From Phoronis australis (taxonomy: Eukaryota > Animalia > Phoronida): a stretch of DNA of 64,000 bases. Both the position numbers and the translations under genes were made by a program. Under the pieces are notes generated by a model, which was not told the DNA's origin, ran no database searches, and saw only the letters and a list, made by a program, of their open reading frames with translations. Of the stretch, positions 12,544 through 23,794 are shown piece by piece. Location of the stretch: assembly GCA_002633005.1 (NCBI GenBank), contig NMRA01000187.1, positions 9,546 to 73,545 of the forward strand, given 5' to 3'. How positions within the stretch are numbered: the first letter of the stretch is position 1; the number at the start of each line of letters is the position of its first letter.

Positions 12544-12828
12544 CTCTATGATACATTATCCATATTATGGTATTGGCTCTATGATACATTATCCATATTA
12601 TGGTATTGGCTCTATGATGCATTATCCATATTATGTTGTTGGCTGTATGATGCATTATCCATATTATGGTGTTGGCTCTATGATGCATTATCCATATTAT
12701 GGTGTTGGCTGTATGATGCATTATCCATATTATGGTGTTGGCTCTATGATACATTATCCATATTATGGTGTTGGCTCAATGATGCATTATCCATATTATG
12801 TTGTTGGCTCAGTGATGCATTATCCATA
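12544..12828. repeat. 33-bp minisatellite, about 8.6 copies
   Basis: Unit CTCTATGATGCATTATCCATATTATGGTGTTGG. Confidence 0.95.
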
Positions 12829-13407
12829 TCTAAAATGCTCAGAACACTTCCATCGCTTGCCACAGTGTGTCGCTAGCGTATCATTCTGTGCCCATATGTA
12901 ATTTCCTGGAAACTTTTGGAAGGATTCTTTTCTGAGAACTTTAAGCATAGGAGGGAGCGTATCAGACTTGGTGACGTGTAACTTGTTAATGTGACTGGGT
13001 GAAATGTTGAACATTCACGGTTGTTTCAGTTTAAAGCATGCGCCGCTTTGTGGCAAACATGACCACCCATGTATTTGAGATTTTATTTAGACCATGTTGG
13101 AATGGCAAGTGTGACATTTTACCTGAATTGATACAGTTACAGAGCAAGTAATCACAGCCTGAATAGAGACATTCTTTGTGAGATGAGTGTCAATTAATAC
13201 ATTATGAATTAATAAAAGCTATTTTTTGTGTAAAATGTTCAGAATGAGGAGTTTGTATCACTGTAGAGTTTGCTATGACATGACGCCACAAGCTGGGCAA
13301 TCTGGATAAGATCGAGAACACCTTGGTTTTGTGTCACATATATTCGTTCACTAATAAACAACAAAAGTACAATCAATGAAATATCCTTAAACTGACACTA
13401 CATTACT

Positions 13408-13566
13408 AGATAACAATGCACACTATTTAAACAACATATCCAACAACAGATAACAATGCACACTATTTAAACAACATATCCAACAACAGATAACAATGCA
13501 CACTATTTAAACAACATATCCAACAACAGATAACAATGCACACTATTTAAACAACATATCCAACAA
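13408..13566. repeat. 40-bp tandem repeat x4
   Basis: Unit AGATAACAATGCACACTATTTAAACAACATATCCAACAAC. Confidence 0.95.
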
Positions 13567-14001
13567 ACGTAACTACACTATCAATTACAGATTAAGAAAC
13601 TTCTCACTGACCAAAGTCTCCACTAACTCCACACATTGTAAGAGAAAACAAAATAATAATAATACTTCAGCGTACTCAATGTGAATGCCTTTGGCTGTCC
13701 AAGATTAACATCCATTTCATGAGACTTTCAGAAAACTAATGGAAGCTGTTGTACCCGACACCCAATCTGAATTGAATGGGTCAAAGAAAGAACCTCAATG
13801 GAAACAGAGTCACACAGTCAAGAAGACGTACTACCAGATGATGAGAAGACACCTGTTGACTATAATGCAAACTACGTAAAAAAACAAAACTCATCAATGT
13901 GAACTAACATGCTATGCTCAAGTACAAACAATAGTCACTGTGATAAGTGCTGACACCTTTGTTAGGAAATCTTACACTAACAAGATATGCACTCAAGTGG
14001 A

Positions 14002-14448
14002 AAAGAACCATTCACTGTTCACCCCTGTGTTTTCAGCTAAAGAACCATTCACTGTTCTCCCCTGTGTTTTCAGCTAAAGAACCATTCACTGTTCACCCCT
14101 GTGTTTTCAGCTAAAGAACCATTCACTGTTCACCCCAGTGTTTTCAGCTAAAGAACCATTCACTGTTCACCCCTGTGTTTTCAGCTAAAGAACCATTCAC
14201 TGTTCTCCCCTGTGTTTTCAGCTAAAGAACCATTCACTGTTCACCCCTGTGTTTTCAGCTAAAGAACCATTCACTGTTCACCCCTGTGTTTTCAGCTAAA
14301 GAACCATTCACTGTTCACCCCTGTGTTTTCAGCTAAAGAACCATTCACTGTTCACCCCTGTGTTTTCAGCTAAAGAACCATTCACTGTTCACCCCTGTGT
14401 TTTCAGCTAAAGAACCATTCACTGTTCACCCCTGTGTTTTCAGCTAAA
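14002..14448. repeat. 37-bp minisatellite x12
   Basis: Unit AAAGAACCATTCACTGTTCACCCCTGTGTTTTCAGCT, near-identical copies, no spacers. Confidence 0.97.
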
Positions 14449-14546
14449 TCCTCGGCACACCAAAGACTTGATGGTGCCTTCACAAATTGAAGTGAATTAA
14501 ACACAATGCATAGGATTAGCTGAACATGCTGGATGAGAAAATGATT

Positions 14547-14676
14547 GTCTTAACCCTACACCCATGTTTTGTGTAAGAGTTTCACAGTCTTAACCCTACA
14601 CCCATGTTTTGTGTAGGAGTTTCACAGTCTTAACCCTACACCCCTGTTTTGTGTAGGAGTTTCACAGTCTTAAACC
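14547..14676. repeat. 40-bp tandem repeat x3
   Basis: Unit GTCTTAACCCTACACCCATGTTTTGTGTAGGAGTTTCACA. Confidence 0.9.
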
Positions 14677-15055
14677 TAACTATGCGCAAGGCAAATGACC
14701 AAAATGACTGCCTCTTAAAATTGAAAAGTAAATAGCAGTCGTCTTTGAATTTTTAAAACCAATGCATTATGAGAGAACTTAAAGCCTTCTTCAGCATCAT
14801 ACATGTAGCGTAGCAACAAGCATTAGCTTGTGAATTGATTATCACGGTTAGTCACAGTCTGGCTTAGGCGTTGGCTTAACAAAACCTAACAGTTAGCCTA
14901 GGAGTTATCGCTGTACTCGGAAACTCGGTAGACTTTGATTTTTTCTTAAAACAATCTATTGCCAATTTGGTCATGCGACCATGTATTATTAATAAAAATT
15001 GCCAAAAAATACTGTTCATACATAGATGTCAAAACATCAGTATCAATAACATGAT

Positions 15056-16712
15056 TATTTTTATGCACCCGCGTAAATTTTTTATGTGGTCGCATATTGC
15101 TGTCATCTCTGTCTGGGCGTCCAGCATCGCAGTCGTATCTCCTAAACCCATAGCAGGATCTTTATGAAATTTGGCACACGTGTTTATATTAGGCTGACAA
15201 GAGATGACGACAAATTTCTGACCTCTCCGGCTACCAGTGTGCCCCCTAGTGGCCAATTAAGTTTTTTATTAAGCTTACCTCTGTATCTTTGGAGGTCCTC
15301 AACGTATTTTGATAAAATTGGACAGTTAAGCATCTATTAGTGAGATGATGCCATCCCCTCGTTTTCAGACGGATTCGAAGTACTTTGCGCCACCTAGTGG
15401 CCATTTTTACTGTTTTTGAGTCTGTTTTGTGGCGTCCACCCTTCTATCAACCAAACCGCTCTTGGTATGATTTTGAACATTGGCATATTATGTTCTTACT
15501 GAAAAGAGGGCAGCTGAGGATGATTTTCTGACGACTTCGACTACTGTGGCAGTTTTCGCAACCTTGGCTGTATCTCCTAAACCGTTTAGCAGGATCTTTA
15601 ACTAAATGCGGTAAGTATATGATATTGACCAGGAACGACGACGACTTTCACATCGATCGGTCTACGGTTGCACCCTGTTGTGGTAATTTTAGTTTTTTGT
15701 GTTTACCTTAATATCTTCAAAGGTCCTCAACGGATTTTCATAAAGTTTGTCTGATAGGCATGTATTATTGAGATGACGCTATCCTCCCGTTTTCATATGG
15801 GTTCGAGGTATTTTGCAACACTTAGTGGGTCTGTTTTGTGGCGTCCACCCCTTTAACAATCAAGCCGTTCAAAGGATGGTCCTGAAAATTGGCATGTATG
15901 TTCTTACTATGAAGGGGGTGGCTGACGATGGTTTTTCGACGACTTCGACCACTGTGGTGCCTCCTAGTGGCAGTTTCGTTTGTTTGCGCCCATGGCTGTA
16001 TATCCAAAACCGTTTGCAGGATCTTTACAACACTTAGCACTAATGATGTTGACAATAATCGACAAACATTTTCGCACAGATCTGTCCATCAATATGCCCC
16101 CTGGTGGCAAGTTTTTAACGTTTACCTCTGTATCAACGAATGTTCATAAAATTTGGAATATAGACTTATATTGGTGAGGTGACGCTACCCTACCGTTTTC
16201 AGATGGATTCGGGGTATTTTGTGCCACCTAGTGGCCATTTTTACTGTTTCTGAGTCTGATTTTTGCGTCCAAACCATTCTCAGGATGATTTGAAAATTGG
16301 CGTATATGTTCTCAATGTGATGAGGACGATTGATGATGACGACTTCGAATACTGTGGCACATCCTATTGGTATTTTTTGCGCCCACAGCTCTATCTCCCA
16401 AACCCACTGCAGGATTTTATTAATCTTAGTAAGTGTATTTATATGAAGATAACAACAGACGACCACTTTCAGGTAGACGCTGTACCCCTAGTGTCAATTT
16501 CATTTTTTGATTCCCTTTGTTTCTCTGAAGTTCCTTTACAGATTTTTATCAAATTTGGCAAAGAAGCTATGGCATGTTCTGTTTTCAGATGGGTTGCACA
16601 TTGTGTGGCATCTAATGGCCATTTTTATGATAGAAATAAACAACTTTAGACTGAAGCACACGGTTTGCGGTGCATTAGCTGGGCACATTTCAACAGTCCA
16701 CATTTCTCTTGT
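15056..16712 (+). mobile_element. Second HINE-like element (same family as 9103-11646)
   Basis: Start TTTTTATGCACC, same ~420-bp internal repeat (CGCCACCTAGTGGCCATTTT at 15387 and 16222), same 3' end (GCACACGGTTTGCGGTGCATT...GGGCACA...CTTGTT). Confidence 0.65.
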
Positions 16713-16964
16713 TATTTGATATCAATGTCCAAGATGGAATCTCCAAGTTTTGTTTACAACATTTTGTAATCATAGCCTTGATTTGGTTCTTACAACAGTT
16801 TTTGAATTGCTCAGATCTTGTCTACAGGTAGCTATTCCCTCTCAAACCTGAACTACTCCAGTTTGTCCATGTTTAAATTGTTGAAGAATGTTGTGATACT
16901 TTACATTATTCACACCATTGTTGTGTAAGGAATCAGTTGTATTATAGTTATTTATTTCTTTTAG

Positions 16965-17040
16965 TGGGAACGTGTCAAGACTGCTCATCTTTAATACTAC
17001 TGGAGACCGTAATCCCAAGACACTGCTGCAACCACTAATG
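16965..17040 (+). CDS. FPGS: Folylpolyglutamate synthase, internal exon
   Basis: tttag| (S)GNVSRLLIFNTTGDRNPKTLLQPLM |gtatgc. Matches the LLFNxTGDRD motif. Confidence 0.93.
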
Positions 17041-17567
17041 GTATGCATGTCAACTGATTGGTCAAGTGGTCACTCAACTAATCAGTCAATTGATCAGACA
17101 ACTGGTCAGTCCACTGGTCAGTTGACTGTTCATTCTGGTTTTATGTGTTAAATATCAACATCACATCAATGGAAACAGATCAATGTGTCGATATGTGATT
17201 ATAGATTTGATTGCAAACTTACTGGAGAGTTGGAGCATCCTGGAGATAGGTTTGTCTGTGATAAATAGTGAGGACTTTCCCAGAAAAATCCATATGGGGG
17301 GCAGCAGTTGATTTAAAAATTTATAGGAGGTTGTCTGTTGAAGTGAATTCAAATTATGTGAGGTCCTTCTTGGAAGCAGTATATCATTAAAAATGGGGGG
17401 TATGTTTTGTCCTGTAAATGTTGTCATGTTGTCAAAACCATCTGAAAATAATTAAAAACTTGCCAAAAATTCACTTACCCATAAATACCCAAAAAACAAC
17501 AAAACAAGCCCCAGTTGCTAGTGTGCACAGTGCAGTATGAATATTACACCATTATCAAGTCATGGGC

Positions 17568-17747
17568 AACTTGATTACATGCACAAGTTGTACAGTCATA
17601 TTAGAATAAAATAACTTGATTACATGCACAAGTTGTACAGTCATATTAGAATAAAATAACTTGATTACATGCACAAGTTGTACAGTCATATTAGAATAAA
17701 ATAACTTGATTACATGCACAAGTTGTACAGTCATATTAGAATAAAAT
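17568..17747. repeat. 45-bp tandem repeat x4
   Basis: Unit AACTTGATTACATGCACAAGTTGTACAGTCATATTAGAATAAAAT. Confidence 0.95.
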
Positions 17748-18530
17748 AATTGCAACACTAAACTGGTGATGACACATCAAGAATATTTATTGAGTCAGAT
17801 ACACAACTTCTAGTATTCAATCGTCATAGCAGCATAAAAGTGTTCATGGAGACATTTAAAAGGTGAAAAAATCTCGATGAAATTACAGAGACACGTGGTG
17901 GACAGAGACACCTGGTGCCTTCCTAAAGTTTTGCTTACAGGTGTCTTTGAAAAGCAAGTTTCTCATAACTGACATCAGTTGTAATCTTGCAGGGAATTTC
18001 TCTACCCCCACAAAATCTTTTGGTCGAATATAATGGGCATCCCTCCGTCCCTTTGTGTGGACGAGGATCGGTCTGTCTGTCATTATCATTTCTTGTCCAT
18101 CAATTATTTCAAGAACCGCTTAGCACATAATGATCAAATTTGGTATCGAGGTAATCAGTTTGGATGCGCCAGCATTGCCGATTATCTTGAAACCGCTTAA
18201 CGATCATAATGACATTTGGCATAGAGATAGACGGCTGGTATGCACTGGCACCAGTTGACTTTTGGACGGATTTGGTTACCGTAGCACCCCTGTAGGCCAT
18301 TTTAGTTTTTGACAAGACAGGTTGATTATCTCAAAAAGTGCTAGGCCCAACTAGATGAAATTTGGCACAAGGATATATGGCAAGGATTGGTGCGCAGCCA
18401 CAATTCTATTTTTGTTTTGATTAGCCTATCCTCTTTTCCCTTGAGTTTTTGACAGTATTTGACAAGACAGCTAGTTCTTGTCCCTGGATCATGTAAGTAC
18501 TTAACAGGTCATCCTAGAGGCATTTTTTTA

Positions 18531-18796
18531 CAAAAACCGGACGATCGCCGCACAAATAAAAAAGTTCATGTTCAATTCAACATTTCGTCTTTTCATTAGA
18601 CATCATCAGGATCATATTTACAACAATATATATTCAATGTATCTCTCACTTCACTCTATGGATGTTACCCGAGCTGTATGTTGGCACTTGTTGTCCAAAA
18701 TTGTTGTAAATATGATCCTGATGATGTCTAATGAAAAGACGAAACGTTGAATTGAACATGAACTTTTTTATTTGTGCGGCGATCGTCCGGTTTTTG
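18531..18796. repeat. Long inverted repeat (97-bp arms, 72-bp spacer); foldback/MITE-like
   Basis: 18531-18627 is the reverse complement of 18700-18796 with about one mismatch. Confidence 0.92.
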
Positions 18797-18964
18797 ATCT
18801 TATTGTGGCCAAAAACTGATTTAATTTTTTACAAGTGTTGCATTTTATATCTGAACCTATTAAATTATGGGTGGAGAAATAAATTAGAAAAATATGGGCA
18901 GTGGGTAAAAAATATAAGTGCCTTCCCCCCTCCCATACACCTTTTGCTGGAACAGCCCTGGGTT

Positions 18965-20465
18965 CAAGGCTTGGAATTTTCCGCGGAAACACGGATTTCC
19001 GCTTTTTCCTCTTACTCCTTCCGCGCATTTTTGTTATATTTCGGCGTAAAAAAGCGGATTTGCCATAAAATTTCCGCTTTAAATTGGTTTCTAACCGCGG
19101 TGTTGCCGACGACTCGAAAAGCGGAAACTGCTCTTTATTTTTTGAGAAACGAAAATCGTAATTGCCGGGGCACCTGGGATAGCGTGGTTCATCAAGGGCA
19201 TCTGCATACAGTATAAATCGCGGTGACAAATAGTGCGATTCTGCGGCCAAAAATGCATGGAGCTCGGAGTGGACAATATTTGGTGGAAGAAATGGTCAAC
19301 GTGTTCTCAAACGATAAAGGTCTGGATTTGTGCTCTGTAAACGTTGACTGACAATTACGGGTGCGTAGCCAAATCGCGGAGGACCTGAAAATGTTGAAAC
19401 ACAAGAAAGAAAAACGCATTCTGATAGGAAATTCAACTGTAACCGGTAATTCGTTGGTTTGGAATCATGGAACCTGAGTGATGTTTGAAATTCCTTTGTT
19501 TAATCCCACATGCAAGCCCGTGCCAGCAGTTGGCAAGTCGCTAGGCTCGAGTCCAATCTACTGCGTGCCGCTGAAACGGGATACAAAGTGCTATTTTTGT
19601 TACTGCAACTGTGTTTTTAAATTGCCGTTGATGTATTCCAGTAATAATATTTCGACATTTTTCATGGTTTATTTTTATTTAAACGTGTAGTTTTGACCAA
19701 CTCGAGTTTTGCAGTTCAAGAGGGAAGTGGTCATGTGGTAGCTAGGTTCTGAATGATCTGATTGGTCTAAGCCATTGTTTACAAATTCTGCCTGCCTATT
19801 TTCAGTGTCCTGATAGAACTTCATTTCTTATGTCACATAGTTTGTTCTACACCAGTGTGGCTTATCAACAATTATCTTCTGTAAATACTGTTTTAAACTG
19901 AAAATTTTGGCCTACTTAGAAGTGTGATAGATGTTTTCTATAGTATGTTGCTTTTTACTTTTATTTTTCCATGCTAATATTTGGGGTATTAGCCACAGGT
20001 TTTCGTCGTGACTTTTTCCATTGCGTTGGAATACATTCTTTGTTGGAATTAAATGTGTCCGTATTTCAGGCTTCCAGATAATCTCTGGGTCGATTTTCAA
20101 TTTTTTGAAATAATTTTCTATTGTAATTATAAGAACTTAAAATAATGAAAATAATTTTATAGGTCTCCCTGCAGCAAATCAAGAATAACCTTGTCACTCA
20201 CACTGCAAATTTTGCATCACTATCTTTATTATTTATAATTTAAAAAAATATCCTTTTTGCATCTAATTGCCTTCATTGTTGTTGCTGAAATAGATATCAG
20301 GTACTGCTTAAAATGAGTGCGTTTTGCCAACACAACACAGTTACAGGGCATCTTGTGTTAAATAGCTTACTTTCGATCTGTTGAGGTATGCTTGCTTAGA
20401 TTGCTGTGTGTATTTGGGGCAGTAAAAATTTTCCTCTTTTTTGTCATGGGTCATTCCAAGTCCTG
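18965..20465 (+). mobile_element. 1.5-kb member of the CAGGGCTTGGAAT-TIR family with 6-bp TSD
   Basis: CAAGGCTTGGAAT...ATTCCAAGTCCTG flanked by TGGGTT on both sides. The first ~170 bp are homologous to 9299-9480. Confidence 0.9.
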
Positions 20466-20623
20466 TGGGTTACTGAGTGTGATTAGACGACAAATGGCGA
20501 CCACTTATTAACCACTAGCTGTTAGTGCTAAAGTCTTCATTTACTGATTTTTTTCAAAGTAATTGTTACTTTTCACCCAAATTCCAGAGTGATGTGCTAT
20601 TCAGGTGTTGTTTTATTTTCCAG

Positions 20624-20687
20624 AATGCAGGTTTTGATTGTGCGGTATTCTGCCCAAACCAAACAAAGCTGGTGACTGCAAACGACG
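20624..20687 (+). CDS. FPGS: Folylpolyglutamate synthase, penultimate coding exon
   Basis: ttttccag| NAGFDCAVFCPNQTKLVTAND-G |gtcagt. FDxAVFCPN motif. Confidence 0.93.
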
Positions 20688-21307
20688 GTCAGTAATTAGC
20701 TTAAAAGTGTTCAGTATTGTTGGCCAATCAGAGTGCTAAGAAATGACTTGCTGAAGTCAACATATACATCAACACAATCAGGCTTGGATAACTCTTGGAT
20801 AAATCTTGGATAACTCTTGTAAAGCTATTGTCATCTGTGTTGATCATAATTAGGATTAGTCAACATAAAAGCCGTTATTGGTCAAACATGGAAAATTGTC
20901 ACGGATTGCGCTGAAAAGTCGATGCAAGGTTATTTTTCTTGGCATGATCTCAAGAACAAAATGTACAGTCAGTTTTTGCCAAACTCAGAAATCATTAATT
21001 TTGTATAAATTGAAACGAGATGAACCTACTTGTATAACAAAATGTTGGTTCTTTGACAGAAACTAAGAACGCTGTTGCGTTATTGAAGCACCACTCAATC
21101 ATGACTATGTTGTAACCAATGACAACGCTCAGTACACAATCATGTCTATGTTTTAATCAATGACAACGCTGAGTACATAATCATGCCTATGTTGTAATCA
21201 AGTTGGATTGTGGGAAATGGAAGAAATAAGAGTTATCCGATATTTAGAATTACAGTAAAGTATGACTTGTAGTTTGAAGGGTCTTGATGCCTTGTGTACT
21301 GTTGTAG

Positions 21308-21840
21308 ATCTCCTCAATGCCAGTGTCTCCAAGGAGACGGTCCTTGCGAGTTGTTTACAGAACAGGAATGCCTGGAACCAGTTGCAGATTGAATGCAGTG
21401 ATGGCCATTCAGCTGAAGGCTCACATGTCAACTGTACAATTGGTGTTGATGACAACAGGAACTATGAACTTACTGGTGACTTATGTCAGCCGTCCAATGG
21501 TTGGAAATCTGATCATACAATAGTCTCTGCTCAAAGTGATCCTGTGATTGGCTGTTCTCAGCCAGAGCTAGAGCCTTCCAGGTTACATAGCCAAAATGGT
21601 AGTTGTAATTCGGAACAGCTGGTTAGTCCAGCTGTGTTGTTCCCATGTGTCACACAGGCCCTTCAATGGGTCACACAGGGGAGGGACAAGTGTATCCCAC
21701 CCCCCATGGTATCCCTCCCAGCTACACCACGCCAATTGGTGGAAGCAGATCACATTCAAATATTGATCACAGGAAGTCTACATCTAGTTGGTGGTGTCCT
21801 TAAAATTATTGATCCACACTTGAAAGGTGAACGACCCTAG
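21308..21840 (+). CDS. FPGS: Folylpolyglutamate synthase, last coding exon
   Basis: gttgtag| (D)LLNASVSKETVLASCLQNRNAWNQL...FPCVTQALQWV...HIQILITGSLHLVGGVLKIIDPHLKGERP-TAG. TGSLHLVGGVL is the eukaryotic FPGS C-terminal motif. Confidence 0.95.
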
Positions 21841-21940
21841 TCTAACGGAATTATTGATCCACACTTGAAAGGTGAACGACCCTAGTCTAACGGAATTATT
21901 GATCCACACTTGAAAGGTGAACGACCCTGGTCTAACAGAA
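21804..21940 (+). repeat. 45-bp tandem triplication spanning the FPGS stop codon
   Basis: Unit AATTATTGATCCACACTTGAAAGGTGAACGACCCTAGTCTAACGG at 21804, 21849 and 21894. The third copy has TGG in place of TAG. Confidence 0.95.
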
Positions 21941-22390
21941 ATCTTTCACGAAAAAATAATATTTTTGTAACAACAGTTGACGTGTCTACAATTTCAAAAT
22001 AATAGAGGATATCTTTCTAATGATCAAGGAAAATAATTGTGAGATGTTTTTGTCTTACATACTAGTAATACCTCGCATTTAGATTATCTGTCTACATATC
22101 TTTGCTGTTCTCTCCAAGTGTCCACTTCTCTATGTCTCCATGTCTCTTCCTGTGCATAGTGCATTCCACTTGATAATATGCAGTTTGGTTTCTTATTTAA
22201 TTTCACATAAGAGCCTTGATTTTCCACATATCTAGAGAATGATGGACAAATGTCAAACTATGAGGACACGTGGACATCTAGTAGTACATTGTCACCAGTC
22301 AGACTAGCTGTCCTCAACACCAACAGTTTGCATAACTTAACGTGGCTGTATACTTACTCACTTTGGGTTATCATTGTATTATGTGTTGGA

Positions 22391-22396
22391 AATAAA
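22391..22396 (+). promoter_or_regulatory. Candidate FPGS polyadenylation signal
   Basis: AATAAA about 550 nt after the stop, with T/G-rich sequence downstream. Position alone is weak evidence. Confidence 0.35.
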
Positions 22397-22944
22397 GTGT
22401 ACTCTCTGGTTTATCATTACAAAACTCATGACCACATAATAAACTCCTTGTCTTTATAGTAGATATATGGTGATGCAAACTAGAATAATTTGGTTATCCT
22501 GTGACATGATTGTACCCAATATCAACGTGAATAACACCCCTAGTAACAAACGCGAGGTGATACAGACTTGTCTGTGGCTTTACTTGGCTTGTCTGTCACT
22601 TTACTTGGCTTGCTCTTATTAATTGAAGTTGATGAAACCTGCATTTCTGACATGATTTAGAAACAATCCAAAGTAATCGTCCTAATATGAGAAAGCGTTT
22701 ATTGTAAACAAATGAGCAAGCTCACTTGTGGTCATGTGACTTGGAGTTCATGGATGGTTTACAATTACATTCAGTTTACACACCCTAGGTCTTTCCCACT
22801 CTTCCCTCCAAAGATATAAATTTATGGCGATATTTTTGTAAACTGTATAATCATGTAGGACATGTGTCATTGCTGGTTTGTACAGTCTTGGATTTATAAA
22901 TATAATATGTTGAGACAATCTAATTGCTCAATCTCAATCCAACT

Positions 22945-23140
22945 GCACCATATCAATAATTCAAGTGCACCATCTCAATAATAGAATTGCAACATCTCAA
23001 TAATCCTATTCCACCATCTCAATAATCCTATTCCACCATCTCAATAATCCAGTTGCACCATCTCAATAATTCAACTGCGCCATCTCAATAATCCAATTCC
23101 ACCATCTCAATAATCCAACTGCGCCATCTCAATAATCCAA
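22945..23140. repeat. 21-bp satellite running into the assembly gap
   Basis: Unit approximately CACCATCTCAATAATCCAATT, at least 9 copies. Confidence 0.9.
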
Positions 23141-23794
23141 NNNNNNNNNNNNNNNNNNNNNNNNNNNNNNNNNNNNNNNNNNNNNNNNNNNNNNNNNNNN
23201 NNNNNNNNNNNNNNNNNNNNNNNNNNNNNNNNNNNNNNNNNNNNNNNNNNNNNNNNNNNNNNNNNNNNNNNNNNNNNNNNNNNNNNNNNNNNNNNNNNNN
23301 NNNNNNNNNNNNNNNNNNNNNNNNNNNNNNNNNNNNNNNNNNNNNNNNNNNNNNNNNNNNNNNNNNNNNNNNNNNNNNNNNNNNNNNNNNNNNNNNNNNN
23401 NNNNNNNNNNNNNNNNNNNNNNNNNNNNNNNNNNNNNNNNNNNNNNNNNNNNNNNNNNNNNNNNNNNNNNNNNNNNNNNNNNNNNNNNNNNNNNNNNNNN
23501 NNNNNNNNNNNNNNNNNNNNNNNNNNNNNNNNNNNNNNNNNNNNNNNNNNNNNNNNNNNNNNNNNNNNNNNNNNNNNNNNNNNNNNNNNNNNNNNNNNNN
23601 NNNNNNNNNNNNNNNNNNNNNNNNNNNNNNNNNNNNNNNNNNNNNNNNNNNNNNNNNNNNNNNNNNNNNNNNNNNNNNNNNNNNNNNNNNNNNNNNNNNN
23701 NNNNNNNNNNNNNNNNNNNNNNNNNNNNNNNNNNNNNNNNNNNNNNNNNNNNNNNNNNNNNNNNNNNNNNNNNNNNNNNNNNNNNNNNNNNNNN
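23141..23794. other. Assembly gap (N run)
   Basis: Run of N characters. Confidence 1.

Noticed and set aside
12437-12901. 154-aa ORF with MMHYPYYGVGS repeats
   Set aside because: It is the translation of a 33-bp minisatellite (a multiple of 3) inside an intron, with no independent coding evidence.
14002-14448. CRISPR-like 37-bp repeat array
   Set aside because: Units are directly adjacent with no unique spacers, no cas genes, and the context is a eukaryotic intron.
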